This document shows positions 30,528 through 40,800 of a stretch of 64,000 nt of DNA, piece after piece. This DNA is from an uncultured Candidatus Saccharibacteria bacterium (GTDB taxonomy: Bacteria; Patescibacteriota; Saccharimonadia; Saccharimonadales; AWTP1-31): positions 19,101 to 83,100 of the forward strand of contig CAZXTE010000001.1 in assembly GCA_964643545.1 (NCBI GenBank), given 5' to 3'. Within the stretch, counting starts at the first letter, position 1; every line of letters begins with the position of its first letter. A model generated the notes under the pieces. That model saw nothing but the letters and a program-made list of their open reading frames with translations. It was not told where the DNA came from and did not search any database. Made by a program: the position numbers and the translations under genes.

Positions 30528-31904
30528 GTGAACGACGGGTTGTGGCAAGCCGTACTTGGTGAGATCGAACTTTCTGTGTCGAGAGCTAGTTTTATTACTT
30601 GGTTCAAAAACACACACCTTGTTCGGTACAAAAAAGGGGTCTTGGTTGTTGGCGTGCCTAATGTTTTTATAAAGAATCAGCTGGAACGCAAGTTTAACCA
30701 ACTGATCGTTGATGCCCTCAAAAACAATGGGGTAACCCCCGACACTATCCAATACAAGGTTTACTCGTCAGGCTTGCAAAGAAAGATTGTGGACGACCCG
30801 ATGGTTATCCAGGCATCACCGCGGGACGACGAGCAAGCAAACCAAACCGGCGGGACGCCACGATCTAGTTCGCTTCGGCATAGTTACCGCCAAGGCCTAA
30901 ACGAACGCTATACGTTCGAAAACTTTATTGTTGGTTCGGGCAACGAACTCGCCTATGCTGCCTGCCAAGCCATAGCCACGAGCCCCGGCACAAAGTACAA
31001 CCCCTTGTTCTTGTATGGTGGTGTTGGTATTGGCAAAACCCACCTTATCCAGGCGGTCGGTAACGCCGTACTAGCCAACAATCCAAAAGCTCACGTTGTC
31101 TATATATCTACCGAGCAGTTTGTCCAAGAATTCTTGGACGCCATCCGCTACAAGAAAAATACCGACTTTGCGGGTTTTTATAGAAGCGCTGATGTGTTGA
31201 TTGTTGATGACATGCAGTTTATTGCCAACAAAGAAAAGACCCAGGAAGAGTTTTTTCACACCTTTAACGCACTCCACCAGGCCAACAAGCAGATCATTAT
31301 TAGCAGCGACAAGCCGCCAAAGGAGATACCCACCTTGGAGGACCGCCTACGATCTCGTTTTGCTTGGGGTATGAGCATTGACATGCAAACTCCGGACTTT
31401 GAGACGCGCTGCGCCATTATCCAAACCAAGGCGATCGTACACAACATCACGTTGCCGCCAGATGTAGTGGAATACCTAGCGACACATATCCAAACAAACA
31501 TCCGCGAACTCGAAGGCGCGCTGAACCAATTGTTGGCCTTTTGCGAGATGCGCGGGCTAGCACCGGACTTACATTTGGCAACCGGCCTTCTTGGAGCAAG
31601 CAAAAACCGTCCGAAACATTTGAATGCTAAGCAAATTGTCGAACGTACCGCTAAGCACTTCCAGGTTTCTTTGGATGATATCTTAGGACCAAAGCGAGAC
31701 AAAGACATTGTGGTGCCCAGGCAAATCGCTATGTATATGCTACGAAGCGAACTCCATTTGAGCTTCCCGAAAATCGCGAAAGAACTTGGTCGAAAAGATC
31801 ACACGACTGCCATCCATTCTGTTGAAAAAATCGAAAAAGAGTCGTCGCTCGATGCGAATATTCGTGCGGCAATTTCCGAAATTAAAGAGCGTTTGTATGC
31901 GTAA
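30528..31904 (+). CDS. dnaA: chromosomal replication initiator DnaA
   Basis: Walker A GGVGIGKTHL, a sensor/box VII region and a C-terminal DNA-binding domain (VPRQIAMYM...HTT). The start is the GTG at 30528, preceded by AAAGGAGAG. An upstream ATG at 30393 is possible but adds a non-conserved Cys-rich leader. Confidence 0.85.
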   Translation: MNDGLWQAVLGEIELSVSRASFITWFKNTHLVRYKKGVLVVGVPNVFIKNQLERKFNQLIVDALKNNGVTPDTIQYKVYSSGLQRKIVDDPMVIQASPRDDEQANQTGGTPRSSSLRHSYRQGLNERYTFENFIVGSGNELAYAACQAIATSPGTKYNPLFLYGGVGIGKTHLIQAVGNAVLANNPKAHVVYISTEQFVQEFLDAIRYKKNTDFAGFYRSADVLIVDDMQFIANKEKTQEEFFHTFNALHQANKQIIISSDKPPKEIPTLEDRLRSRFAWGMSIDMQTPDFETRCAIIQTKAIVHNITLPPDVVEYLATHIQTNIRELEGALNQLLAFCEMRGLAPDLHLATGLLGASKNRPKHLNAKQIVERTAKHFQVSLDDILGPKRDKDIVVPRQIAMYMLRSELHLSFPKIAKELGRKDHTTAIHSVEKIEKESSLDANIRAAISEIKERLYA

Positions 31905-32159
31905 TACATGTGCACAAGTTGTTCATAGTATAGGCACAACTTTGTATAACTTTGGGGGTTACCCACAGCACAAAATTGGTCAGTTTTTTCACACCTCTTT
32001 GTACACTTTTTGTACTCGATTTGTACGTTGTTTATACACGCAATTTTTTGAAGTTCTAAACAGGCATTTTTATCTGTTAGTTACCGCCTTATACCCACAA
32101 TACACAGGGCTTACTATAACTACTACTACCTATTAATTAATAACAATATAAGGAACCAT
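31905..32159. other. putative oriC (dnaA-dnaN intergenic region with DnaA-box-like 9-mers and an AT-rich unwinding element)
   Basis: TTACCCACA (31959-31967, 8/9), TTGTGCACA-like, TTTTTCACA, TTATACACG and ATACCCACA (7/9 each). An AT-rich tract lies at 32110-32150 (tactataactactactacctattaattaataacaatata). Confidence 0.5.
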
Positions 32160-33251
32160 ATGAAGCTCCAAGTAACACAAGAAAACTTATCAAAAGCAGT
32201 CAGCACAGTAGGTCGTGTTGCAAATACAAGAAACACTCTCCCTATACTCTCTAACATTATGTTGAAGACGGTTGGTACACGACTTGCAATCTCTGCAACA
32301 AATTTAGAAATTGGTATAACCCATTACATCGGTTCGAAGGTTGGGGAAAAAGGAAGTATCACCGTACCTGCCCGCCTCATGCAGGATTTTGTAAGTAGCC
32401 TACCAAGTGGTGTTATTGATTTAACACTAGACGAATATAAACTTCACATCACGACTGATAAGTACAACTCAGTGATTAATGGTGTTTCAGCAGAAGAATT
32501 CCCGGTCATGCCAACTATAGAAGGTGGAGAAAAATGGTCACTCCCCTCACATGTTCTAAAACGAGGACTACAACAAATTTTAATAGCCGCGAGTAACGAC
32601 GAAGCAAGACCGGTTTTGACAGGTGTGTACATGCAAACCAACAATGGCAAGTTATTCGCTGCAGCAACAGATAGTTATCGTCTTGCTGAAAAAAACCTGG
32701 GCAAAACAACCGAAAAAGTAAACCTACTTATACCGGCATCTTCCCTGCAAGACCTACTACGAATCCTACCCGATGGTGAAGAATTGGTTGAAATAACAAA
32801 CGATGACCAGCAAATTTTGTTTAAAGTCGGTGAAGTTGAGTTGGTAACCAGGCTTATAGAGGGTGTATACCCGGACTACCAAAAACTTATCCCAAAGACA
32901 TTTGCGAACACTGCAAAAATAAGTAAGACTGACCTCGTAAACATCACAAAAGTTTCTAGTCTGTTTGCTCGAGAAAGTGCCGGCAGTGTAACTGTGCAAC
33001 TAGACGATACACAGAAGCAGATTAGTATACGAGCGGTCGCTTCACAATTGGGCGAGAACACTGCTACCGCTGATGCTGACGTAGTTGGTGACGGTGGTAT
33101 AACGCTGAACAGTAAGTATATATTGGACGCACTTGCTGTTATGAGTAGTGACACAGTCGAACTGTGTTTTAACGGCAAACTAGAACCTTGTGTGCTGCGA
33201 GAATCCGACAAGAACGACTACACGCACGTCATTATGCCATTAAAGAGCTGA
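32160..33251 (+). CDS. dnaN: DNA polymerase III beta sliding clamp
   Basis: 363 aa with three-domain architecture, the MKLQVTQENL start and position after dnaA. Confidence 0.9.
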   Translation: MKLQVTQENLSKAVSTVGRVANTRNTLPILSNIMLKTVGTRLAISATNLEIGITHYIGSKVGEKGSITVPARLMQDFVSSLPSGVIDLTLDEYKLHITTDKYNSVINGVSAEEFPVMPTIEGGEKWSLPSHVLKRGLQQILIAASNDEARPVLTGVYMQTNNGKLFAAATDSYRLAEKNLGKTTEKVNLLIPASSLQDLLRILPDGEELVEITNDDQQILFKVGEVELVTRLIEGVYPDYQKLIPKTFANTAKISKTDLVNITKVSSLFARESAGSVTVQLDDTQKQISIRAVASQLGENTATADADVVGDGGITLNSKYILDALAVMSSDTVELCFNGKLEPCVLRESDKNDYTHVIMPLKS

Positions 33252-33281
33252 GGGAGGCCCTACGATGGCCTACAATACTAG

Positions 33282-34355
33282 GTGATGGCAATCGTTAGTC
33301 TGCAACTAGAAAACTTTCGTACATACTACCGGGATAGTTTCGAATTCTCGGAAGGGGTTAGTATTATTGTTGGTCCAAATGCCAGCGGTAAAACCAATCT
33401 TCTGGAAGCTATACTACTGCTCTGTGAAGGCCAATCGTTTCGCGCCAAAGATCACGAACTTATTAGCCACGAAAAAGACTATGCCCGAATTGAAGGTTTG
33501 GTGGGTATAGATAAGCGCATTGTTTTGATAGAGCACGATGGGATAGAGCGAAGCACAAAAACACACCAGATAAACACCCAAAACCTAAAACGTTTACCAC
33601 CAGCAAAACGAGTGCCGGTGGTGCTGTTCGAGCCGGAAATTTTACAGCTTTTCCAGGGTGGACCCGAAAAACGAAGAGAGTATATAGATAGTCTGATTAG
33701 CCGGACTACCCCAGGATTCAACACAATACTGCGTCAGTACAGGCGGGTCTTAAGCCAACGAAACGCGTTGCTAAAAAGGCAGCAAGCACCAAAGCAGGAA
33801 GAGTTCTTTGCCTGGGATGTCCGACTAAGTGAATTGGGTGGTCAGATTGCCACTGCGCGCAATCAGCTCATCGACAATCTCAACAGCTCAATAAATGAGG
33901 AGTATCAGAAGATAGCTAGCAAGAACAATAATGTGAGCCTTGAGTATCTCTCTAAAATATCGTCATTGTCGTATAACACCAAAATGCTCCACATGCTCGA
34001 GCAGGTATTCCAAACCGATCGGGAACGGGGGTATACAAGTGTCGGGCCTCACAGAGACGACTTGCAAGTGCTTTTTGATGGTAAAGATGCGAAACAGGTA
34101 GCCTCCCGCGGCGAGATGAGATCATTGGTGTTAACACTAAAGATACTTGAGCTAAAGATCGTAGAAGAGGCAGCCCAAAAGCAACCAATACTACTACTCG
34201 ACGATGTGTTTAGCGAACTTGATGGTGCTCGCCGCAAGGCCCTGACAGAATCAATACAACAATACCAAACCTTTATTACGACCACAGACGCAGACCTAAT
34301 CGTGAAGTATTTTATTGGAGCCTGCGAAATAATCCCCACTAACAGAGCAGTCTAA
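33282..34355 (+). CDS. recF: DNA replication/repair protein RecF
   Basis: Walker A GPNASGKTNLLEAI, an ABC-signature-like region and LLLDDV Walker B. Confidence 0.9.
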   Translation: MMAIVSLQLENFRTYYRDSFEFSEGVSIIVGPNASGKTNLLEAILLLCEGQSFRAKDHELISHEKDYARIEGLVGIDKRIVLIEHDGIERSTKTHQINTQNLKRLPPAKRVPVVLFEPEILQLFQGGPEKRREYIDSLISRTTPGFNTILRQYRRVLSQRNALLKRQQAPKQEEFFAWDVRLSELGGQIATARNQLIDNLNSSINEEYQKIASKNNNVSLEYLSKISSLSYNTKMLHMLEQVFQTDRERGYTSVGPHRDDLQVLFDGKDAKQVASRGEMRSLVLTLKILELKIVEEAAQKQPILLLDDVFSELDGARRKALTESIQQYQTFITTTDADLIVKYFIGACEIIPTNRAV

Positions 34356-34987
34356 CGGTTGTTTATATTCCGTATGACTGACTCGGGAACTTTTGGAAAC
34401 TCTTTGATGTACAGAATGATCGTTGGACCTGCGGCAATTGACCAGGTGTTACCACTCTTCTTTAGAACAACCAACAAGATATCATCTTGTTCTGGGTCTA
34501 GCGGGAGGAGCTTCCCGGCATACCAGTCACCTCGCAGATAAAGCTTCCCATCGGAAATAGTGTATTTTGAGATATCATCGAAGTCGCTACGTATAACAGA
34601 CTCCACTGCAGACTTTTGAGGAACGAGCATTTCTTGCAAACGACTGTCGCTATACGAAAGTTCGGGGGTTTGAACGGTAGTTTTAGAGCTAATATTCAGT
34701 TGCTTGGATTCTGTTTTATACACACCACCACTAAAGACTGCGTTGTAATATCCTTTGGAGACTCTGACCGTTGTTTTCTCCTGAGTACGTACGATCTCTT
34801 TGGTGCTGGCTGGGTAGTTGGTGCCAGACTGGGTTAGTGTAATGGTTGTCCCTTGCTCTGGGATCAGAGTGACGCGCTTAAGGCCAAAGAAATATCGAAA
34901 ACCAAACCAGGCAACAAGCCCAAAAACCAACACAATAGCACCGAACGTTACCAGGCGCTTAATTTGAATTCGGGGTGGCTCTTCCAT
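34352..34987 (-). CDS. bitopic membrane protein, last gene of the T4SS-like minus operon (VirB8/PrgL-like candidate)
   Basis: Single N-terminal TM (LVTFGAIVLVFGLVAWFGF) and a ~170-aa extracytoplasmic domain. Confidence 0.5.
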   Translation of the reverse strand: MEEPPRIQIKRLVTFGAIVLVFGLVAWFGFRYFFGLKRVTLIPEQGTTITLTQSGTNYPASTKEIVRTQEKTTVRVSKGYYNAVFSGGVYKTESKQLNISSKTTVQTPELSYSDSRLQEMLVPQKSAVESVIRSDFDDISKYTISDGKLYLRGDWYAGKLLPLDPEQDDILLVVLKKSGNTWSIAAGPTIILYIKEFPKVPESVIRNINNR

Positions 34988-34988
34988 G

Positions 34989-35387
34989 TTAGTCTCCTGA
35001 CTGAAGGTCTCTAAATATTATTTCCAAATCACTAGGGTCATAACCTTGGGAGCGTATCCAGGTTAGTGCTTCTTGCCTGGCCTGTGGATCGGGGGCTTTA
35101 ATGAGAAGCGCTACCGAATCGTTACTGTCGGGTGAGACCAATGACTTCCCGTAATCTATACGGAAGTAGAGGCCGAGTGCAGGGAGTTTATCTACGATGC
35201 TGCTTTTTGCACGGACTGCCGCATCTTTTTCTTGGTAAGACGTACCACCTGCTCTTTCTTTTTCTTGGGTGCTTTTTGTATTGTTTGTTTGGGTCCTTGT
35301 CGTCACCCCAAGAATAAGTAGCCCGAACATGACGATGCCAATAAGTACGGCTATGACAATGATTTTGCTGCGTGGGTTTTCCTGCAT
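34989..35387 (-). CDS. small bitopic membrane protein
   Basis: N-terminal TM (IIVIAVLIGIVMFGLLILGV). It is co-oriented and tightly spaced with its neighbours. Confidence 0.5.
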   Translation of the reverse strand: MQENPRSKIIVIAVLIGIVMFGLLILGVTTRTQTNNTKSTQEKERAGGTSYQEKDAAVRAKSSIVDKLPALGLYFRIDYGKSLVSPDSNDSVALLIKAPDPQARQEALTWIRSQGYDPSDLEIIFRDLQSGD

Positions 35388-35400
35388 TACTTCGTCTCCC

Positions 35401-37821
35401 TTATTTAATTCTCGCTACCGAGAAGTGATGGCCACGATCTTCCAGGTAGGCGTTACCAGCTTGTGGCGCCTGGGAGCCGAGTGAAGCCTGGCGCATGTTA
35501 TACGTGCCTCCCTGTGTCCCGACGTAGATGAATGTGTGTCCCTGGTCACCCGCTGCATAGATCAGTATGTCACCCGGCAACAGCTTGCTTGTGTCGTTTA
35601 TATCGTCAAAAACGGTGTACTTTTCGGGATGACTTCGGAGATACTCAAGTTGTGTTCCGGTGTCGACTTTCGGGTAACTCGTGTCCACCCCGCTACTGAG
35701 CATAACCGTAGCCACAAACCCACCACAGTCAGTTACGTCGGGTGTCGGATTGAATTGTTTCTTGGTATCGAGGAATTTTTGTGTTGCCGTTGCCCCATGG
35801 CCTTTGTCCGGCCACGCGAGGCTTATTGCGGTAGCCACAACATCACCCGCAACAGCAGCATTCCCCCCGGCATCAGGAGACCCTGTGCAGGTACCTGCAC
35901 TAGACCCACCACCACCCCCAACATAGTCTGCACCAATTGCAACCTTGTCGTAGTCACCCTCAGTGTCGCCAGGCCAAGCGATTTGTGGGGCGCCCGGTTT
36001 CTCATCGAGGCCGCCTAAATAGGCAAAGATAGCTCCCGCCCCCATGCGTCCGCTGTTGTCCAAGCCGTAATTACCGTATCCATAGGCGGCAGAGCCCAGA
36101 TATGCACTCCAGGTATTGAGCCATTCGTTGGCCCCAAAAGTTCCATCCTGAATGGCTGCAATAACCTCGGCACCAGTCTTCTGTGGGTTTCTTCTTGTTG
36201 CATGAAGGATAAGAACCCAGGTCGAGTAGTCGATATCTTGCACATTAGACCCATAACCACGTCTAGCTGGGGCACGTCCAGGGACTTGCTCGGGAGTATC
36301 AAAGAATCCGGGCACGCCCACATCGGCGGAATGCCACTTGTACTGCTTGCCGCCCAACTCAGCAGCAGTCGGAAGCTTCCGGCCATTAATCATAGATTGT
36401 TCTGGGTTCGAACTGCCTTCACGCCAGTGCGTTGCTGCTAGTGCCTGCCACGGCACGCCCCAACGCGCCCCAATAGACTTGTAGACAGGGATCTCCCTCA
36501 CGATATCACTTTTTATAAGTGCATCGAGTTTTGACTCTAACCCCTTGCCTTTAATCATTACATTATCGGGGTAGGTCTTGTAGCTGGCGTCAGCGGGTGT
36601 CCCTGGGTTACCGCCACCCCCGCCAGGAGCTGGCGCCCCGGGTTGGCGGATTGCATTAATACGATCCAAAGACTGCTGGATGCGCTGATTCGTTATTTTT
36701 CCTGCCTTATAGTCGGATTCAAGCCGGTCAAGCACCTTCCCAACCGATGATTCATTCACAAAAACAGCCATGTCTGCGCCTGCCGCGATCGCCATAGACG
36801 TTGCCTCCTCTACGCCGTATTTAGACTTAATGGCTTCCATGGTGCCTATGTCGTCTGTCATTGCGACACCGTTAAAGCCGTATTTATCGCGCAATAGTTT
36901 ATAGGTCTCGGGGCTCAAACTCGTTGGTATGCCACCAGTTGTTAGTCCGGGCACATTAAGGTGGCCCAGCATAACAGCAGACCTCGGGTTCTTTAGTAGT
37001 TTTTCGTAAGGCTTTAAATCCCTACCCTCCAGAGTTGCTAAGTCACTGGTTGTCACAACCTGTTTGTGCGAATCGCCATTGGCATAACCATGACCTGGGA
37101 AGTGCTTAAACACGGGCGTAAGGTTGCCTTGGCGGAGTCCTTCGGCAAACGCGCCAGACTTTTTTTCTACAACCGCAGGATCTTTCGAGAATGCCCTGTC
37201 CAAGGGGCTAATAACGGCAGAGCCACCATCGAGGTCTGCCACAGGCGCAAAATCCATGGTTAGTCCAACGGCTGCAAGCTTGTCCGCTTGGCCCTTCGCA
37301 ATGCTCTGAACTTCTGTGTCTGTTTTCGTACCCATTTCCCGAGCACTGGGCACAACGCCGAGCGGACGAAAGCGCTGTACTTTACCGCCTTCTTCGTCGG
37401 CAGCCACCAACATGGGTACAGGACCGGCTTTGAACTTATCGATCCACGTTTTATCTTTCTGCTCAAATTGTCGTCCCATCAAGAAGACTCCCCCCACATG
37501 GCTATCAATCAAGGCTTGAGCTTCTGACTCATTTGTCACAGAGACCATCAACAGTTGGGCGAGCTTCCCGCGGATGCCCCACTCAGCTGGAATTTCATAG
37601 CTGGCGCCAGTTGTTGGGCCTGTTGTTTCGCACTTCTCTTTGGCGTAGTTTGTCTTGTGGTGTTCCGTGTTTAGGAGGATGTGGTACAGATCGTCCTCGG
37701 GTATTTTTGCAGCCATTCCAAGTGGGATGATTGCTTGGAAATACAGCATGGTGAGAATGAACGACGCGCAAAAGAGGCGGAACAGGTGCTTTTTCTTCAC
37801 TATAGACATAGACATAGGCAT
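35401..37821 (-). CDS. multidomain secreted cell-wall hydrolase: GH3 (NagZ-like beta-N-acetylhexosaminidase) + central unknown domain + C-terminal CHAP/NlpC-P60-like domain
   Basis: GH3 N-domain motifs (VGGVFLMGRQ, AADEEGG, KHFPGHG). C-terminal Cys...His pair (CGGFVATVML ... GHTFIYVG). The start is chosen at MPMSMSIVKKK (37821) to avoid overlapping the upstream stop. Confidence 0.7.
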   Translation of the reverse strand: MPMSMSIVKKKHLFRLFCASFILTMLYFQAIIPLGMAAKIPEDDLYHILLNTEHHKTNYAKEKCETTGPTTGASYEIPAEWGIRGKLAQLLMVSVTNESEAQALIDSHVGGVFLMGRQFEQKDKTWIDKFKAGPVPMLVAADEEGGKVQRFRPLGVVPSAREMGTKTDTEVQSIAKGQADKLAAVGLTMDFAPVADLDGGSAVISPLDRAFSKDPAVVEKKSGAFAEGLRQGNLTPVFKHFPGHGYANGDSHKQVVTTSDLATLEGRDLKPYEKLLKNPRSAVMLGHLNVPGLTTGGIPTSLSPETYKLLRDKYGFNGVAMTDDIGTMEAIKSKYGVEEATSMAIAAGADMAVFVNESSVGKVLDRLESDYKAGKITNQRIQQSLDRINAIRQPGAPAPGGGGGNPGTPADASYKTYPDNVMIKGKGLESKLDALIKSDIVREIPVYKSIGARWGVPWQALAATHWREGSSNPEQSMINGRKLPTAAELGGKQYKWHSADVGVPGFFDTPEQVPGRAPARRGYGSNVQDIDYSTWVLILHATRRNPQKTGAEVIAAIQDGTFGANEWLNTWSAYLGSAAYGYGNYGLDNSGRMGAGAIFAYLGGLDEKPGAPQIAWPGDTEGDYDKVAIGADYVGGGGGSSAGTCTGSPDAGGNAAVAGDVVATAISLAWPDKGHGATATQKFLDTKKQFNPTPDVTDCGGFVATVMLSSGVDTSYPKVDTGTQLEYLRSHPEKYTVFDDINDTSKLLPGDILIYAAGDQGHTFIYVGTQGGTYNMRQASLGSQAPQAGNAYLEDRGHHFSVARIK

Positions 37822-37828
37822 GGTGTTA

Positions 37829-40800
37829 TTAGCTCCCAGTATGAGACCAATGCCATGGCTCATTCCAGTACTGCTTTAGATTATACTTTCCGGCGTTATC
37901 TATGAGCCAGTCCCACATCGGCATGCCGGGGGCAACACGAGGGTTGCTGGGGCTAGCTTTCCCACCATTTTTTGTGCCAAACTCCTCAGGGTGACCAACT
38001 CGAGTAAGCGCAAAATCTACGGCATCACCAGACTGATGTCTAGATGTTCCAGGCTTTGCGACATCGGAGTAGACGCCGTTAGGGCACTTATCATCTTTTG
38101 CGCACAGCTCTTGTTGGTGCTTCATGGTGCGAAAACTACTGGAGGCTTTGGGTGAGACGCCATCGCTCTTCATGGCGTTAAACATGTTCACCCAATCATT
38201 TGATTTGTCTGCTGCCACGAGTACGTTACCATCTGCCCCATTTACGTAATATTGACTACGCGGATTACTCTCCTCGCTTGAACTTGGGAAGCCAAGGATC
38301 GCACACAGGGTTATCTTCTTTAGAACGCCACCTTCATACCCATCGGCAAGCCCCACGTTCTTGGTGCCACTTGCACAGGTTCCGTCGCCCGTACCTCCCG
38401 TAGAGGCGGGGGGTGGTCCAAGACTCGCCACAAGAAAGTCGCTCTTTGCCAGGTATCCTGCAGCAGTATGGTGAATTTTATCTGGCGCAAACGGATACTT
38501 AGCTGGATTTTTAGCCACCTCGGCACGCCAGTCAATGGGTGTATATTTCAGGGCAGCCGCCTGGCTCGAAACTGCCGCCGCGACAGCATCGTAATTGGAA
38601 ATTTGGGTTTTTGCATTCATCCAGAATATCTTCGCCGAGGGGTTGTATTCGTGGATTTTGTCGACCATGAGTTTTATTTTGCTCGCGAACTGGGGGCTGT
38701 CTGGTCCTGGGTTTGTGCCCAGCATGACCGCTATTGTCCCGGCACGGCTAACTTCGTTTCTATCGAGGTCGATCTTTTCTAGAGATCGGTCAACGTCTAT
38801 ACCGTCGGTTGCCTGGACCTTGGTAACTTCCCACCCAGCAGTTTGCAGCTTGTTCGTTAATGAGCCTAAGTCTTTCATGCCGTTTGTCAACGAGTCGCCA
38901 ACGACGTAGACTGCATTATTGCCACCCCCACTATTTGAACCTCCGCCCCCGCTGGTGGTTTCAGATTCATAATCTTCCGGGTCGAGCACATCAGTTGTAT
39001 ATCGGCCACCAGCTGCCGCCACAGCCTTCTTATTTAGCAAGCAAGGGTTTTCCTTGGTGTGCACGTCGGTGCCCGTCTCCTTGTCCTCTATAAGCGTACC
39101 TGCAAATTCACCGCGCCCATTCGCCCAGTCTTTATCCATCTTTTCACAGACGGCGTCGGTAAGCGTGTCTGGGTCAACATCAAGTGCTGACGAATTCTTT
39201 GGAAAGCCATATTGGACGACACCAAATGGGTCAGGCTTTGCATCTGCTGCAAAGGTCTTTTTGGTGGCAAGTAAACTGCCAAAACTTTTTGACAGGCTTG
39301 TGAATGGATTTGCGAGAAGACCGGTGACGCCTGTATTGGCGGTTCTAGTCACACTGCTGGGTGTAGCCATCGCCATTTGGCTGACAAGTGATTTTGGACT
39401 CTCTGTGCTGAACATACGAGCAAAGAATGGTTGACGTTGGAATTCCTCGTTGCGCTGATTCTCTTGGTCGGCGCGAATCTCGGCTACCTGGGCGTCGGTG
39501 AGGCGTATGCCCCCCAGGCCATAGTGTGCATCATTATTCCCTGCTACATCGGCACCGCCTGCGAGCATATCGAATGTGCGGGCCCCGCTCATGTCTGCAG
39601 ACACTGGTGACGGGATTAGCCACTTCGCAATTGTTTCGAATATCTTGCCGATTTGTTCCTCAATCATCTTCTTTAGGTCAGCGTATTGAGGAAAGATCTT
39701 GCTAATTGCTGCCTCGACAGCACCTACGCCCAGATCAATGAGCTTATTGATCAAGTTAAGGATTTGTCCGATTGTGGCGTTCCATGCATCTGCCGTCTGC
39801 CCGAGCAGACTAAGTGGGGGTTGATTAAAGATGTCAGATATTTTCTGGATGACCCCATTGGTAAGCAGACTTTCCTCTGGGCAAATAAGCTTACCGGTGT
39901 CTGGCTTATTCTTATCGTCACATGTGTATTTTGGCTCTGACGCAGTGCTGCCCGTTTCTGCTGCGTATGCTTTTTGCGGCGACAGGACATCCAAAAAGGA
40001 GCTTTTTTGTATTGGTTCGCCTAGGATGTCCCCGTAGAGTGGTGCTAATTCAGCGGGTTGATTTTTGTGGTCTTTATCACCGGCGCTGTCACCCACACCA
40101 TTCGTCATGCTACCGAGCAACTCGACGTTACAATGCATGCCTTTGCACTCGTCTGCAGTTGTTCTATACAGCATGTAGGTTGCCACCATTTGCGTGCCAA
40201 TAATTTCGTATTTCCAGCGTTTCAATGCCGGCCCAGCTGACTTAGCTTTCGCGGTAATTCTGGCTGCTAGGTCAATCCAGCCAATAACAGGCAAGCCTTT
40301 CGAGGCGGCTGACCCTGCAGCCTCTCCGGCAATCTTCGCAACAACCTCTTCAACAATAAAAGCAGTTAAGCTCTTGTCTGCGAGTTTAATTGTCTTCTCA
40401 ACAATTTTTTCTACGGTCTCCTCGGTGAATTCTTTGCCAGACTTCTCAAGTGCCTCACGAATTTGTTTCTCTATTTTGTCTCTCCTCACTCCGTCATTGT
40501 CAGCTTCACCCTTCGATGCTTTGTCCGAATCACAGGCAGGATCGATGATACACTCTAATACAAAACCCAGATGTTGAGTGTAGGGTATGATGACCCGGCG
40601 ATTAATGACGAGCCTGAAGGCTCCCTTCTTTTTGTCTTTCCAGTCGTCTATGCGATCTTTTGATTTGCACGCAAAAACACACCTCCGGATGCCGTATTTT
40701 TCTTCCAGAAGTCGCCCCACCTTGAATCGGTACATAACACGCTTCCACAATGTCTCTTCTTTGAAAGACTCACGTACTTTTATGCGAACATCATTTCTGC

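Noticed and set aside
37822-37863. Hydrolase gene starting at 37863 (track start)
   Set aside because: That start would overlap the last 35 nt of the upstream giant ORF without an SD. The internal ATG at 37821 has a GGGAG 14 nt upstream and avoids the overlap. This is uncertain.
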